53,461 bases of DNA from a virus (IMGVR_UViG_3300048599_000841:1-53461), one strand, 5' to 3'; shown: positions 10,246 through 20,285, counted from the first letter of the stretch. A program made the numbers and translations. The notes: generated from the letters alone by a model not told the origin.

Positions 10246-10488
10246 ATGACCCATGAGAAAACCGCGCGCATCGGCGAACTGACTCGCCTCTCTCGCGAGC
10301 GGGCGCTTACAAAGGAAGAAGAGGAGGAGCGCAAGCTTCTGCGCCAGGCGTTCAACGAGGACTTCAAGGCGGGCGCCCGGCAGAAGCTTGACGATACCCT
10401 CGTTCAGTACAACGACGGCACATGCATCACGCTGGAGGAATCGGCCAAGAATCGGGACAAGAGCGCCGATCCGAGTGGTACGGTTTGA
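10246..10488 (+). CDS. DUF896 (YnzC-like) small protein, antisense moron
   Basis: RIGEL...SRER.LT.EE.EER..LRQ.F...F pattern; RBS AAAGGAG. Confidence 0.75.
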   Translation: MTHEKTARIGELTRLSRERALTKEEEEERKLLRQAFNEDFKAGARQKLDDTLVQYNDGTCITLEESAKNRDKSADPSGTV

Positions 10489-10498
10489 TCCCGGCCTA

Positions 10499-11197
10499 CT
10501 AGAGCGTCCTCCAGTTCGGGGTGATGGTGACGCGGGAGACGCTCCCCGTCCAGGAGACGGTGGTGGTCCCCACCGGCAGCGTCGGCCAATCGTCGCCGGT
10601 CAGCGAGCCTGTCAGGTTGATGCCGTCGTTGTACGCCAGCCGCTGCGGCACGTCGATGGTGATCGAGGACGCGAGCGCATCGATCCCCAGCGTCACATCC
10701 CCTACCGACAGGTCGATGTCCCCGGAGCCGGTGATGGTGATAACCGGCTCCGCGAACATAGTGCCCTGGTTTACGGTCTGTCCTGGCGCAGTCAGCACGA
10801 CATCCGGCATGTTCAATAGATAAAGGAAGGGTTGGCATCGGAAGTTGACGGTGAACTTGCGGTTGGGCCGCCCGCGCATCACCGTTTCGAAGTCGATCTG
10901 GTTGTTGACGCGGGCGTGGTAGTAGCCGATGGGGCGGTTCCCGAACATCACGACGCCGGGGCCATGCAGCCACGCGGAGAACGCGGGGATGGACGCCGGG
11001 TCCGGCGCGATGCACTCGCAGGCGGCGATGAACTCGTCGTACACGCAGTCGCCCTCCGTGATGGTCAGCGTGCCGCTGCGCCCCGGCACCGTTTGTGTGG
11101 TCATGCGTTCTTTCGGCCGGGAGATGGCCGGATGGGTCAGCACATGAACTCCGTAGTCGGTGCACTTCACGCCGTTCCAGGCGAACCAGTCAGCCAT
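10499..11197 (-). CDS. Distal tail protein (Dit)
   Basis: WF.WNG..C.DYG, VPGRSG.L, F.CQPF.Y and N.GT..AEP.ITI.GSG motifs; follows the tape measure. Confidence 0.9.
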   Translation of the reverse strand: MADWFAWNGVKCTDYGVHVLTHPAISRPKERMTTQTVPGRSGTLTITEGDCVYDEFIAACECIAPDPASIPAFSAWLHGPGVVMFGNRPIGYYHARVNNQIDFETVMRGRPNRKFTVNFRCQPFLYLLNMPDVVLTAPGQTVNQGTMFAEPVITITGSGDIDLSVGDVTLGIDALASSITIDVPQRLAYNDGINLTGSLTGDDWPTLPVGTTTVSWTGSVSRVTITPNWRTL

Positions 11198-11221
11198 TCC
11201 TCATCGCCTCGCAATGCTTCT

Positions 11222-14200
11222 TTAGCGAACGCCCACCCCCGCGTACTGTGTCTTGTTGAACTGCGCCAGCTCAATGGCGAGGCTGCGCACGTCCTTTTCG
11301 TCCCGGACGTAGAGCTTGTCCACCTGAACGGTCACGCTCTGATCCTGATGATAGGTTCGCCGGTTATCATAGCTGTTGCTGCCGCCAACGCTCGCTTGCG
11401 CCGCGCCGGTCAGGTACCGGGCGGCGTTCCGGATGATCTTCGCCTGGGCCTTGCTCTCAAGGATCGTGCCCTCGCCGATGCCCCGAACCATCATCCGGCC
11501 GACCTCATCACGGAATACCTTAGATGGGGACTGGATCTTGAGCTTCGCCTTCGCGGCGCGCACCGCGGCCTCGGCCACGATCCGCATGGCGTTCACTACG
11601 ACGTTCCGACCGCTCAAGATACCGGCTGCCATGCCGATCATGGCGTTGAGGCCTATCGGCCTTGTGACGCTGGAGGACATTCCCGCTCTCAATGCCGAAA
11701 TGGCCTTCGCCGCTGTCACCCCGGCCGCGGAGCCGAACCCGTAGGCCATCATGCCAGATGCAATGCCAGAAGACAGGTCAATGCCAATCGGGCGCGTCAT
11801 GGTCGATGGGGAGTGCGTCTGCGAAGCGGCGCGCAGCGCCGTTTCGATGGAAGTGGCGACGGTCGTCGCATCGCCGGTCCAGCCGTAGGCGGTGAGCCCG
11901 CTCGCAATGCCTGCGGAAATGTCGTTGCCAACGCCCAGGTATTCGTCCGCGGTCCGCACGGCGGTGAGCAGGGAATTGAGTTGCTCCTGTACCTTCGCTT
12001 CGGTGTCCGGGTCCAATGTACCGCTCGCGAGCGCCGCCATGGCGGCCGCAATCGAATCCGATGTCTTCGCGAGGTCACCGGAATTGAGGCTCATCAGCTG
12101 GTCGAGTACGACAGACTTTCCTTGTTGGGCGCCCAGTTCGTTCCCTGCGGCCGCCAGGTCCTGAATCCCTTCTGTCAAACTGACGATCGATGTTACCTTG
12201 TCAGAGGTGCTGGATTTCAGCCAATCGGGGAGAAAGTTTTCTGGTACTTGCTTGAGCTGATTATCCGCGGCATCCACAGCTTCTTTGGTCCCCACCTTCT
12301 GCGTGATGACCACGCCCAGTATGGCATTTCCATTTTCATCTGTCATCCCCTCAAGAAAGATGTCCGTCGGTCCAATGCGCTTGAACACCTCAGGGGTAAC
12401 GGCGAGTTGTGCGCCATCCTTGCCGAACACCTGCAGTGTCCCGTTTGCGTAGGCCGTTTGAAGCGCTTCTGCCCATCCGGTTTTTAGCCCCACATCCATG
12501 ACGACATTCGGCTTTTTGTCGGGGTTCGCTGCGTAGAATGCGTCCAGTGTCGCTTGATCCAGCCCCGTGAATTCGAGGCTGGCGGTTCCCGCGAGGGTAA
12601 AGGTCTCATGGCTGTCCACCCATTCCTTTACGGCTTCCCCTTCCGGAGTGATCCCGATGTCCAGCAGCACGCGGTTCGCTTCCGCACCCGCGGCCCCGAA
12701 CATACCGGCCAAGCCTTCGAACGTCCCGGCGTTGGCCGTGAGGAATGCTGCGACGGTGTCGTATCCTCCCAGAAGATCACTGGCCTTGATGGGTGCTTCT
12801 TCTGTGCCGAGATTGAGGCCGCCCAGCCCACCCTCGTCGATCTGTTTCAGCAATGCGATGTAGCTGGCGAGCTTCCCCTCGTCCAAAGAGTCGGTGAATG
12901 TCTTCAGTTGCATCAGCTCGTCGCCGGTGACGACACCGTCGCTCTGGAAGGTTGCGATCATCTGCCGCAGCTTCTCCATGTCGGCCTGCGCCTGCTGGAC
13001 TTCCGGAGCTTTGAACGCCTCGGTGGCGTACTGTCCCAGCACCGCGTTGTACTCCTCGCGGGCGACCTTCAACTGCTGCACATGCTCCAGGTTCAACTGA
13101 TCGAGGGCGTCTTGGCGTTCCTTCTCATCTGAAATCGCTTGGAGATCTGCGTACTGGTCAGTGTACGACTGGTTGATCGAGTCGATCTGGGTTTTGTATC
13201 CGGTGGCGGCCGCGGACAGCGCGTCCCCGTACAGATCCGACCCCGGAGTCTGTCCCTCGGAGGCGAGGCGCGCCTTCTCAGCTTCCACCGCCCGGGTGAT
13301 GCTGTCATAGCCCCCGCCTTCCCCGGTGATGTAGCGCAGCTTGATCTCCACGCGCTCCTGCACGATCTGTTCGAGCCGCTTCTGGTCGTCCTCCGTCAGC
13401 GTCTTATTCCGCCGTTTTTTAAGGAGAGCCGCCACTTCTTTGTCATACGCTTTCAGCTTCTTCAGGTCGTCCGTGGCGGTCTTGTCATTCTTGACCCCGT
13501 ACTTCTCCTGAGTGGCCTGCCGCGCTTTAATCGCTTCTCGAACCTCGTCCGACCCGGCGGTGAACTGGTCGATGTACTCGCTTACAGCCGTTTTCGAGTC
13601 TTTTGTACCGTCGGACCAAATCTTGCGGATGGCGTCCAGCCAATCCTTCGCGGCGCTGACACCGCTGGAAAACGCCGATTCATCGATGCCAAACCTTGTG
13701 AACGGATCGTTGCCGGTATCGTAGATGGTCTTGGCCTGGGTGGTCTGCCAGTCCTTCGCGGTGTCGATCATGCCCCGCGTCGCTTCCCGCGCCGCCGCGG
13801 CCCCCGAGGCGTAGTCGTACCATTTGTATGCGCCGTACAACGCCGCCGCGGCCACCGCCGCAATGCCCGCCGGACCCAATAGACCCTTGAGTGCGGTAAG
13901 CATCCCGGTCGCGCCGCCCCCGGCTTCCGTCGAGGCGAGTAGCAGCTTTCCCAGTGTGGTCGATACGGCGCCAATGCCGGTGTTCAGCTTGCCCACCAGC
14001 ATGATGGCGGGGCCGATCGCCGCAATCCAGGCGGCCGTACTGATGAGCGCCTTCCGCTGGCCCTCATCCATTTCATTAAACCCATCCAACAGCCCGGAGA
14101 GACCGGACATCACATCCTCCATTGTGGGGAGCATCGCTTCGCCAAAGGTCGCGGCGGTGAGCTGCGCGCGATTGTTCAGCATCTTCAGCCGGTTCGCCGT

Positions 14201-15826
14201 GGTGTTGTAGCGGTCTGCGACCCGAGTTGTGATGGCGCTGTTATCCCGCCAGGCCTTATTGGCGATGGACTGGGTAGAACTCAGCAGCTCCGTCGCATTG
14301 ACCATGCGGAGCGTCGTATCCCGAAGCCGTACTTCCTTGAATCCGATGTCCTGCAGCGTGGCGATGGCGCTGACGCCCTCATCGTCCATCCGAGCCAAGC
14401 CTTCGATGAATGCCTGGAACGCCGCCGCAGGGTCGGACTTGAACAGCCTCGAGAATTCGTCGGCGGTCATGCCGGACACCTTCGCGAAGTCCTTCAGCGA
14501 CTGGCCGCCGTTTTCGACCGCCAGCTCCATCTTGATCAGGGCCTTGCTGAATGCGGTGCCACCCATCTGGGCTTCGATGCCGACCGACGAGAGTGCCGTC
14601 GCAAATCCGATGATCTGGGGTTCGGTCAGCCCTACCTGCTTCCCGGCCGCGGCGAGTCGCATGGACATCTCCACAATGCCGGCCTCCGTGGCTGCGGAGT
14701 TGACGCCCAGTTCCAGGACGGCGCTGCCTAGCCGTTCAAAGTACTCGTTGGTCTGTTTGTCCCCGGTGACGCCCATAATGTTGGCGAGCTTTGCGAGGTT
14801 TGTCGCCGCGTCCTCGGCGGAGAGGTCGGTGGACACGGCGCCCAAGTCCGTCATGACGGAGGTAAACCCCTCGATGGCGTGATTTGCGACGCCCAGCTGC
14901 CCTGCCGCTTCCGCCACGGCGGCGATCGTCTCATAATCAGCAGGCTTGACGAGCGTCATCCGCTTTATGGAGGCGTCGAGCGCCGCATACTCGTCCTTCG
15001 TCATGGAAACAGTTTTTCTGACGCCGGCGAACGCATCTTCAAAGTCGATGGCAGACTTAATTGCAAACGCGCCGAGCCCGGCGATGGGCGTCGTCACGTA
15101 GCGCGTCAGATCTCGCCCTACGGGCGCGAGCGCCTTGCCGGCGGCAGTTGCGCGCTTACCAAACGCGGCCAGGTCGTCCCCCGCAGCGCGCAGCGCGGAC
15201 TTCGCGGCGGCAAGCTGCTTGTTCAGCTTGCCAATCTCGGCCTGGGTTTCACGCACGGCGACGGTGGAGTTGTTCAGGTTCGTCCGCGCCTGGGTATAAT
15301 CGTCGGCGGACTTCTGCATCGCCTTCCCGGTTGCCACGACTTGACCCTCGAGCTTCGTGACTTCCGCCGAAGCGCCGGCGTACTCCGCGGTCAGCGCTTC
15401 GAGGTTGGCCTCAGAGGCGATTGTCGCGGAATCCGACGCGCCGAGCGTTGTGCGGTACGCTTCCACCTGTTTTGCCGCGCGGTCCACTTCGCCCCGCAGC
15501 GCGGCCTGCCTCGCGCGCGCCGACTCGAGCGACGCGCTGAACTTGCCATGGTTTGCCACAGAGGACTGCAACTTCGAATCCGCAGCCGCGAGCGCGCGCT
15601 GGTACTGTTCGACCGCCTGGCGCTGGCTTACGAGCTTCTGTCGAAGCGAGCCGATCTGCGAGCCCAGCACGCTCGTGGACTTCTCAAAGCCCTCGACCCC
15701 GGCGGCCGCGAGCTTGAACTTGCTTTCCGCTTCGGCGATCTGTTTGTTGACAGTCTTGATGTTTCGCGTGAAGTTGTCCGTGCTCAGGGACAGCGACACT
15801 ACCAGATCGCGAAGCGTCTCGCTCAT
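11222..15826 (-). CDS. Tail tape measure protein
   Basis: 1534 aa, Ala-rich and helical; TP901-type core (AIDFEDAFAGVRKTV, AEAAGQLG, IEAQMGGTAFSK); C-terminal LKIQSPSKVF. Confidence 0.95.
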   Translation of the reverse strand: MSETLRDLVVSLSLSTDNFTRNIKTVNKQIAEAESKFKLAAAGVEGFEKSTSVLGSQIGSLRQKLVSQRQAVEQYQRALAAADSKLQSSVANHGKFSASLESARARQAALRGEVDRAAKQVEAYRTTLGASDSATIASEANLEALTAEYAGASAEVTKLEGQVVATGKAMQKSADDYTQARTNLNNSTVAVRETQAEIGKLNKQLAAAKSALRAAGDDLAAFGKRATAAGKALAPVGRDLTRYVTTPIAGLGAFAIKSAIDFEDAFAGVRKTVSMTKDEYAALDASIKRMTLVKPADYETIAAVAEAAGQLGVANHAIEGFTSVMTDLGAVSTDLSAEDAATNLAKLANIMGVTGDKQTNEYFERLGSAVLELGVNSAATEAGIVEMSMRLAAAGKQVGLTEPQIIGFATALSSVGIEAQMGGTAFSKALIKMELAVENGGQSLKDFAKVSGMTADEFSRLFKSDPAAAFQAFIEGLARMDDEGVSAIATLQDIGFKEVRLRDTTLRMVNATELLSSTQSIANKAWRDNSAITTRVADRYNTTANRLKMLNNRAQLTAATFGEAMLPTMEDVMSGLSGLLDGFNEMDEGQRKALISTAAWIAAIGPAIMLVGKLNTGIGAVSTTLGKLLLASTEAGGGATGMLTALKGLLGPAGIAAVAAAALYGAYKWYDYASGAAAAREATRGMIDTAKDWQTTQAKTIYDTGNDPFTRFGIDESAFSSGVSAAKDWLDAIRKIWSDGTKDSKTAVSEYIDQFTAGSDEVREAIKARQATQEKYGVKNDKTATDDLKKLKAYDKEVAALLKKRRNKTLTEDDQKRLEQIVQERVEIKLRYITGEGGGYDSITRAVEAEKARLASEGQTPGSDLYGDALSAAATGYKTQIDSINQSYTDQYADLQAISDEKERQDALDQLNLEHVQQLKVAREEYNAVLGQYATEAFKAPEVQQAQADMEKLRQMIATFQSDGVVTGDELMQLKTFTDSLDEGKLASYIALLKQIDEGGLGGLNLGTEEAPIKASDLLGGYDTVAAFLTANAGTFEGLAGMFGAAGAEANRVLLDIGITPEGEAVKEWVDSHETFTLAGTASLEFTGLDQATLDAFYAANPDKKPNVVMDVGLKTGWAEALQTAYANGTLQVFGKDGAQLAVTPEVFKRIGPTDIFLEGMTDENGNAILGVVITQKVGTKEAVDAADNQLKQVPENFLPDWLKSSTSDKVTSIVSLTEGIQDLAAAGNELGAQQGKSVVLDQLMSLNSGDLAKTSDSIAAAMAALASGTLDPDTEAKVQEQLNSLLTAVRTADEYLGVGNDISAGIASGLTAYGWTGDATTVATSIETALRAASQTHSPSTMTRPIGIDLSSGIASGMMAYGFGSAAGVTAAKAISALRAGMSSSVTRPIGLNAMIGMAAGILSGRNVVVNAMRIVAEAAVRAAKAKLKIQSPSKVFRDEVGRMMVRGIGEGTILESKAQAKIIRNAARYLTGAAQASVGGSNSYDNRRTYHQDQSVTVQVDKLYVRDEKDVRSLAIELAQFNKTQYAGVGVR

Positions 15827-16019
15827 GGGTTCACCTCAAATTTCGCCAGAATTGTCCAGTCTGGGCCATGGTATGGTCACATGCGGTTCACATCCGGGCG
15901 GTATACTAATTCGTATCGAGGGCGGTGACGCCCGTTCACATAGAGACAGCCACCGCGGAGCACGAAAGTGCGCGGTGGCTGTCTGTGTAGCATGCCGAGA
16001 AACCAGGCAAATGAAGGGT

Positions 16020-16244
16020 TTAGCGGTTCTCTGGCCACACCTCGTCGATGTAGCGGCGTTTGGGCGCCTGGGCGGCTTTCATGCGGTTTGTCTCCCATGC
16101 CCGCACCCGGAAAAAGCCCGGCATGTCCATGTTGTCGATGTCGTTCATGCGCCAGCCGGCGCTCAAGAGTTCATTGTAGGTGGCGTAGATGTAGTCCCGC
16201 AGCGTCAGGACGCCGGCTCCCCCTGCGCTGCCGGCGTAGGGAAC
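16020..16244 (-). CDS. Tail assembly chaperone C-terminal extension (gpT-like), probably reached by -1 frameshift
   Basis: Open -1 frame ...GVLTLRDYIYATYNELLSAGWRMNDIDNMDMPGFF...YIDEVWPENR* overlapping the end of the chaperone gene; no clear own RBS. Confidence 0.65.
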   Translation of the reverse strand, partial: VPYAGSAGGAGVLTLRDYIYATYNELLSAGWRMNDIDNMDMPGFFRVRAWETNRMKAAQAPKRRYIDEVWPENR

Positions 16245-16579
16245 TCATTCAAGACTTCGGTGGTCTGGGTCTGCACCGCCAGAAGCGCCAGCACGACGTC
16301 ATGCATCAGCCGGTCCACGGGGTAGTGGTCGTATACGTCGTCCGGGCTGAACTGGTTGCCGAATACCAAGCAAAACCACTTCACCAGCACGTCGAGCGCC
16401 GCCGTGACGGACAGCACATCGCCGTTATCTTTCGGTTTCACAAGCTTTCCTGCGACGGCATCGGCCGCAACAGACGAGAGGCTTGCATACATGTCCCAAG
16501 CCGGACCCATCTCCCTGAGTGCGCGCCCGGAGATGAAATCAACGCTGTACTTCTTTTCCCCAAGGGTGCAGGTGATCAT
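16205..16579 (-). CDS. Tail assembly chaperone (gpG-like)
   Basis: Between major tail and tape measure genes; FGNQFSPDDV motif; RBS GAAGGAGG. Confidence 0.8.
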   Translation of the reverse strand: MITCTLGEKKYSVDFISGRALREMGPAWDMYASLSSVAADAVAGKLVKPKDNGDVLSVTAALDVLVKWFCLVFGNQFSPDDVYDHYPVDRLMHDVVLALLAVQTQTTEVLNEFPTPAAQGEPAS

Positions 16580-16601
16580 CTTTCTCCTCCTTCACGGGAA
16601 C

Positions 16602-16631
16602 AAAAGGGCCGCCAATGCTTGTTGACGGCCT
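16602..16631 (-). terminator. Terminator-like hairpin after the major tail gene
   Basis: Minus strand AGGCCGTCAA...TTGGCGGCCC-TTTT. Confidence 0.5.
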
Positions 16632-16663
16632 TCTGTGGCGATTCAAATAGGCGGTACGGATGG

Positions 16664-17272
16664 TTACGCCCCCTGCGTAATGACGGGCGTGTAGACACTG
16701 GTCAGGAAGGTGGCGGCCTTCTCGGCCGTGAACCCATTCTGTCCTTCGTCGGCGACCGCCTGATAGCGCTTGTCGAACGTGCGCTTGATGAACGTCCACT
16801 CCAGCTTGCCGGTCTGGCGGGTCAGCGTGGTTCCTTCCTTCGTATGATACTGCTCGGTCATCGGCGCAGCGCGGCCCTTGTACAGCCAGACATAGCGGTA
16901 CTTTCCATCCGCCTTTTCGCTCTTAAACCCGAGCGCGAAGTAGCCCGGTGTGTCGCCCGCGGCGCGCAGCAGCACGCCATTATCGTCGATGATGTTGCTT
17001 AAGATCATCTCCTGGACGAGCAACGGGATGTCCGCCATCTCCATCGTCAGCTTGATCTCCGGGTCCGGGTATACAACGTCAAATTCCGCGTCGTCGGCGT
17101 ACTGCACCTCCGGATCTGCGTTCTCCGGCTCGATCTGCGCGTCGATGGCGCCCGCGAAGTCCTGTAGCGTTCCATAGCTGACGCCCGCGTCGGTATCGGA
17201 TGTGAGCGACGCGATGACGACATTCTTGAGGCCCACCGTGCTGGCCACGGCGGGAGAAGCGGTATTCGGCAT
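16664..17272 (-). CDS. Major tail protein (phi13-like family)
   Basis: VGLKNV, YADD and YFALGFKS.KADG.YRYVWLYKG motifs. Confidence 0.92.
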   Translation of the reverse strand: MPNTASPAVASTVGLKNVVIASLTSDTDAGVSYGTLQDFAGAIDAQIEPENADPEVQYADDAEFDVVYPDPEIKLTMEMADIPLLVQEMILSNIIDDNGVLLRAAGDTPGYFALGFKSEKADGKYRYVWLYKGRAAPMTEQYHTKEGTTLTRQTGKLEWTFIKRTFDKRYQAVADEGQNGFTAEKAATFLTSVYTPVITQGA

Positions 17273-17292
17273 GGATTTCTCCTCCTGTAGGG

Positions 17293-17706
17293 TTATAGCT
17301 TATTGCTGATTGCGTTCTTGAGACCAGTCCGGATGATGTTATAGGATTCATCGGCCTTTGCGTCATAGGCGGGCCGGACAAACGGATGGGCAGGGGCCGG
17401 TGCGGGCCCGCCATGCCCTCGTTCGACAGGGTTTGCATAGTACGCACCTTCCGCGGAATGGTGCACACCAATGGTGATATTCCGGCCGGTTTTTCGCCTT
17501 TTCGCACGTCCGACCAAAATAGACCGGTACAGCGCGCCGGTGATGATCTTCAGATCGGAAGAAGCGTTGGCTTTCATCTGTTGGTGGATTGGGACGGCAG
17601 CCGCCTCCAGGATACTGTTGCAGGCGGGGCCATCCTCATCCAAACGAGCAGCCATTGCGGCGAAATCCTCTATCAACCGGTCAGTTCCTTTCAACCTCAT
17701 ACTCAT
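17293..17706 (-). CDS. HK97 gp10-like tail component
   Basis: TGAL..SI, YYA..VE.G and PAHPFVRPAYD motifs. Confidence 0.85.
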   Translation of the reverse strand: MSMRLKGTDRLIEDFAAMAARLDEDGPACNSILEAAAVPIHQQMKANASSDLKIITGALYRSILVGRAKRRKTGRNITIGVHHSAEGAYYANPVERGHGGPAPAPAHPFVRPAYDAKADESYNIIRTGLKNAISNKL

Positions 17707-18080
17707 GGGGACTCAGCGCCCTCCTCCGTGGCGTAACTGCGTAGGCACCAGGTCCACTGCACGGTGTACTGACGGGTGGCGCTGTCGTAGGCAGGCTGGT
17801 TGTAGCCCTTGTCGGTCTCCTCCACCATGGCGAACCCCGCCTCGTACATGGCGGTCCGCACCCTGGCGGCCGTACCGGTGGGATCGCTGTCGCTCCAGAG
17901 GTTCAGGTAGACGTAGGTCCGGTAGGATACGACCGCATCGTCCTGGTGCGCGTCCTCTGCGGTAGTCGTGGAGTACACCATGTACTGGCCGGGCGGGTTC
18001 TGCCCGGAGGCGGTGGGCCGCCAGATCCCCGCGAACACCGGAACGCCCACCTTCTTTAGCGCTTCCTGTACCTTGAACAT
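17703..18080 (-). CDS. Tail completion / terminator protein
   Basis: Start MFKVQEAL overlaps the upstream stop (TGATG); position in the head-tail block. Confidence 0.7.
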   Translation of the reverse strand: MFKVQEALKKVGVPVFAGIWRPTASGQNPPGQYMVYSTTTAEDAHQDDAVVSYRTYVYLNLWSDSDPTGTAARVRTAMYEAGFAMVEETDKGYNQPAYDSATRQYTVQWTWCLRSYATEEGAESP

Positions 18081-18436
18081 CAACTCACGCCCTTCACGAC
18101 GGAGGTCTTGAGCCCCAGGTACCGCCGCTTGAACTCGTACTCGCCCATGGTGCTGATCACCCGCTTGTCCCCCAGAAACCTCACCCACATGCCGGGCTGC
18201 ACGTCGTCACGATAGCGGATGGTGAAGTTGATGACCCCTTCGGCATTCTCGGTGTCGGCGGCACGGAAGGTCTGGTTGCCTGCCTCGATGGCGGACGCCC
18301 ACACGCGGCACACGACGACATCGCTGGGCTCAGGGTAGCCGTTCTCATTGATCGTGTTCTCGGTGTAGCCGATCTCGACCAAGTGCCGAAGATCTCCCGG
18401 GTGCGGGTCGGACTCGAAGTTCTTGTAGCCGCGCAA
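18080..18436 (-). CDS. Head-tail adaptor / head closure protein (SPP1 gp16-like)
   Basis: GDLRH.VEI, VWA and FTIRYR.D...GM.V.F motifs. Confidence 0.85.
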   Translation of the reverse strand: MRGYKNFESDPHPGDLRHLVEIGYTENTINENGYPEPSDVVVCRVWASAIEAGNQTFRAADTENAEGVINFTIRYRDDVQPGMWVRFLGDKRVISTMGEYEFKRRYLGLKTSVVKGVS

Positions 18437-18451
18437 GCGTATTCACCTCCG

Positions 18452-18736
18452 TCAGAAAAACTTCGCCACATCGCGATGGGGATACAGAAGGTTCTCAAAC
18501 GCCATCCGCATGGCCAGATAGACCTGCTTGTCCGGGTTATCACGATTTTCATAGTAATGACTCACCATGAGCAGCACCGCCAGGCGGACAGCCGGCGGCA
18601 CGATGTCCGTGAACCCAACACGACAAAAGTCCTCTGCAGCCGCCTGTGCCTGCTCGATGAGGGAGGCAAGGTACTCATCCTCCTCGTCGTTCTGGATGCG
18701 CAGGTGCGCCTTGACCTCAGGAACGGTCACGACCAT
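18452..18736 (-). CDS. Head-tail connector (HK97 gp6-like)
   Basis: EVKAHLRI..DEED..L..LI..A and AVLLMVSHYYENR motifs. Confidence 0.92.
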   Translation of the reverse strand: MVVTVPEVKAHLRIQNDEEDEYLASLIEQAQAAAEDFCRVGFTDIVPPAVRLAVLLMVSHYYENRDNPDKQVYLAMRMAFENLLYPHRDVAKFF

Positions 18737-18748
18737 ACGCTCACCGCC

Positions 18749-19009
18749 TTACCCGGCTGAGGGTTCATCTGTCGCCATAAGACCCGAGGTCTTGAGCGCC
18801 CCGATGAGGCCGTTGAAGCTCTCCCGCAGCGCGGCCACCGTCGTGGCTTCGCTGGGTTGTATGTTGGGCAGTTGCGCCTGCGCCCCCGCCGGTGAATCGA
18901 ATAAACCCTCCGCGCCCTCCACCGTCGCGCCGGGCAGGAAGGTCAGCTTGCCGCCGATCACCCACTCGTTGCCGCCGTGGGCATGGTAGTTCCGGGATGT
19001 CTGACTCAT
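18749..19009 (-). CDS. Head fibre-like small protein
   Basis: NY...GG.EWVIGG.L and ATTVAALRESFNGLI..LK..GLM motifs; follows the capsid gene. Confidence 0.7.
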   Translation of the reverse strand: MSQTSRNYHAHGGNEWVIGGKLTFLPGATVEGAEGLFDSPAGAQAQLPNIQPSEATTVAALRESFNGLIGALKTSGLMATDEPSAG

Positions 19010-19079
19010 ACGGCTTCCTCCTTCGGGTAGATAAAGGAAGGGAGAGCGTTACCGCATAAGGAATGCTCTCCCTTGGTGT

Positions 19080-20285
19080 TTAGGCCGCCTTCATCTTGAG
19101 GCACTTGACCGCCTCGGTGAGGATCAGTCGGCCGTCCAGGCGCTGCGTGATTTTGAACCCGACCTGATCGGTTGCCGCGTACAACTCGTTCAACCGCTGC
19201 AGCGAGCGGCCCTCGCGGTCCGCCAGCCAGTAGTAGCTGTAATCGCCGTACAGGATCGCCTTGTTGCCCGCGGCGGGCAGCGGCATGTAGTTCGAGGTCA
19301 GCACCCGCTGGTTGAGCAGCGTATCCGGTTGGCCATAGAGAAGTCCAGGTTGCCACATGAACTGCCCGTTCCCGTCCTTGAGCTTGCGGATCATCTTGAT
19401 GGTGGCGTCGTTCATGAGAAACGCCGCGCGGCGGCGGTGGCCGGATTTCAGCGAATGCTGAAGGTCCAACAGCTCATCCGCGGTGATGGCAGCCGCCGCA
19501 GCCGAGGTCACGCCCAGCTCGGCGCCCAGGGTTTCGTGCAGCAGGCCGGTGGGCTTATGCACGCCATCTCCACCGATGATGGCAGCCTCTTCCGCCGCGC
19601 CCACGCGCCGGGCAAACTCGTTCCGGATGTAGCCGGCCAGATCAAACGCGGAGTCGCGCAGCAGTTCCTCCGAGATCCGGATCATGCTGCCCACCTTGTG
19701 CGCGCCCAGGGTGATCTGCCCGAAGGCATCATCCGACTCGGGGATGACCGCTTCCTCCTCCACCCACGACGCCGCGCCCTTGCTGGTGACCAGCGGAATC
19801 TTACGGTCACCGGAGGAGGTGGTGATCACGTGCACCAAGCCGCGCATGATGTTCTCGTCCTGCAGCGCTTCGATCAGCTGATGCTCGAATTCATCCGGCA
19901 CCGTATAGCCGCCCTCGCTGAGCTCGCCAATCTGCAGCGCGTTGCGCAGTTCGTAACCCCTGCGGTCCACGTCGCGCATCAGCTTCCAGAAGGCGTCGTT
20001 GTAGGCTGTGCTGCCACGACCGGGTTTTTCACCCTTGGTGTCTCGCTCCGGACGGGAGGACAGCGGCGCGTTCGCCGGCGCGCTCATCTCCCGGTCCAGC
20101 TCGGAGGCGCGCTCCTCCCGCTCGATGGCGTGGCCCAGATCCACGACCTCCTGCTCCATCCGCTCGTAGGTTGCGGTATCCTCCGCGGACAGAAGGCCGC
20201 TCTCGTCTTTTTTGGATTCCAAGAACGCCTTTGCCTTGTCCCAGATTTCGCCGCGCTTCCTGCGCATGTCCAGTACCTTACTCAT
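19080..20285 (-). CDS. Major capsid protein (HK97 fold)
   Basis: Start MSKVLDMRR after AGGAGG; EGGYTVPDEF, GDG..KPTGL, LKDGNGQFMWQPG, GDYSYY and RLDGRL motifs. Confidence 0.96.
   Translation of the reverse strand: MSKVLDMRRKRGEIWDKAKAFLESKKDESGLLSAEDTATYERMEQEVVDLGHAIEREERASELDREMSAPANAPLSSRPERDTKGEKPGRGSTAYNDAFWKLMRDVDRRGYELRNALQIGELSEGGYTVPDEFEHQLIEALQDENIMRGLVHVITTSSGDRKIPLVTSKGAASWVEEEAVIPESDDAFGQITLGAHKVGSMIRISEELLRDSAFDLAGYIRNEFARRVGAAEEAAIIGGDGVHKPTGLLHETLGAELGVTSAAAAAITADELLDLQHSLKSGHRRRAAFLMNDATIKMIRKLKDGNGQFMWQPGLLYGQPDTLLNQRVLTSNYMPLPAAGNKAILYGDYSYYWLADREGRSLQRLNELYAATDQVGFKITQRLDGRLILTEAVKCLKMKAA

Noticed and set aside
14040-14050. CTGATGAG hammerhead-core match
   Set aside because: Antisense within the tape measure CDS, with no stem II-GAAAC-stem III arrangement following
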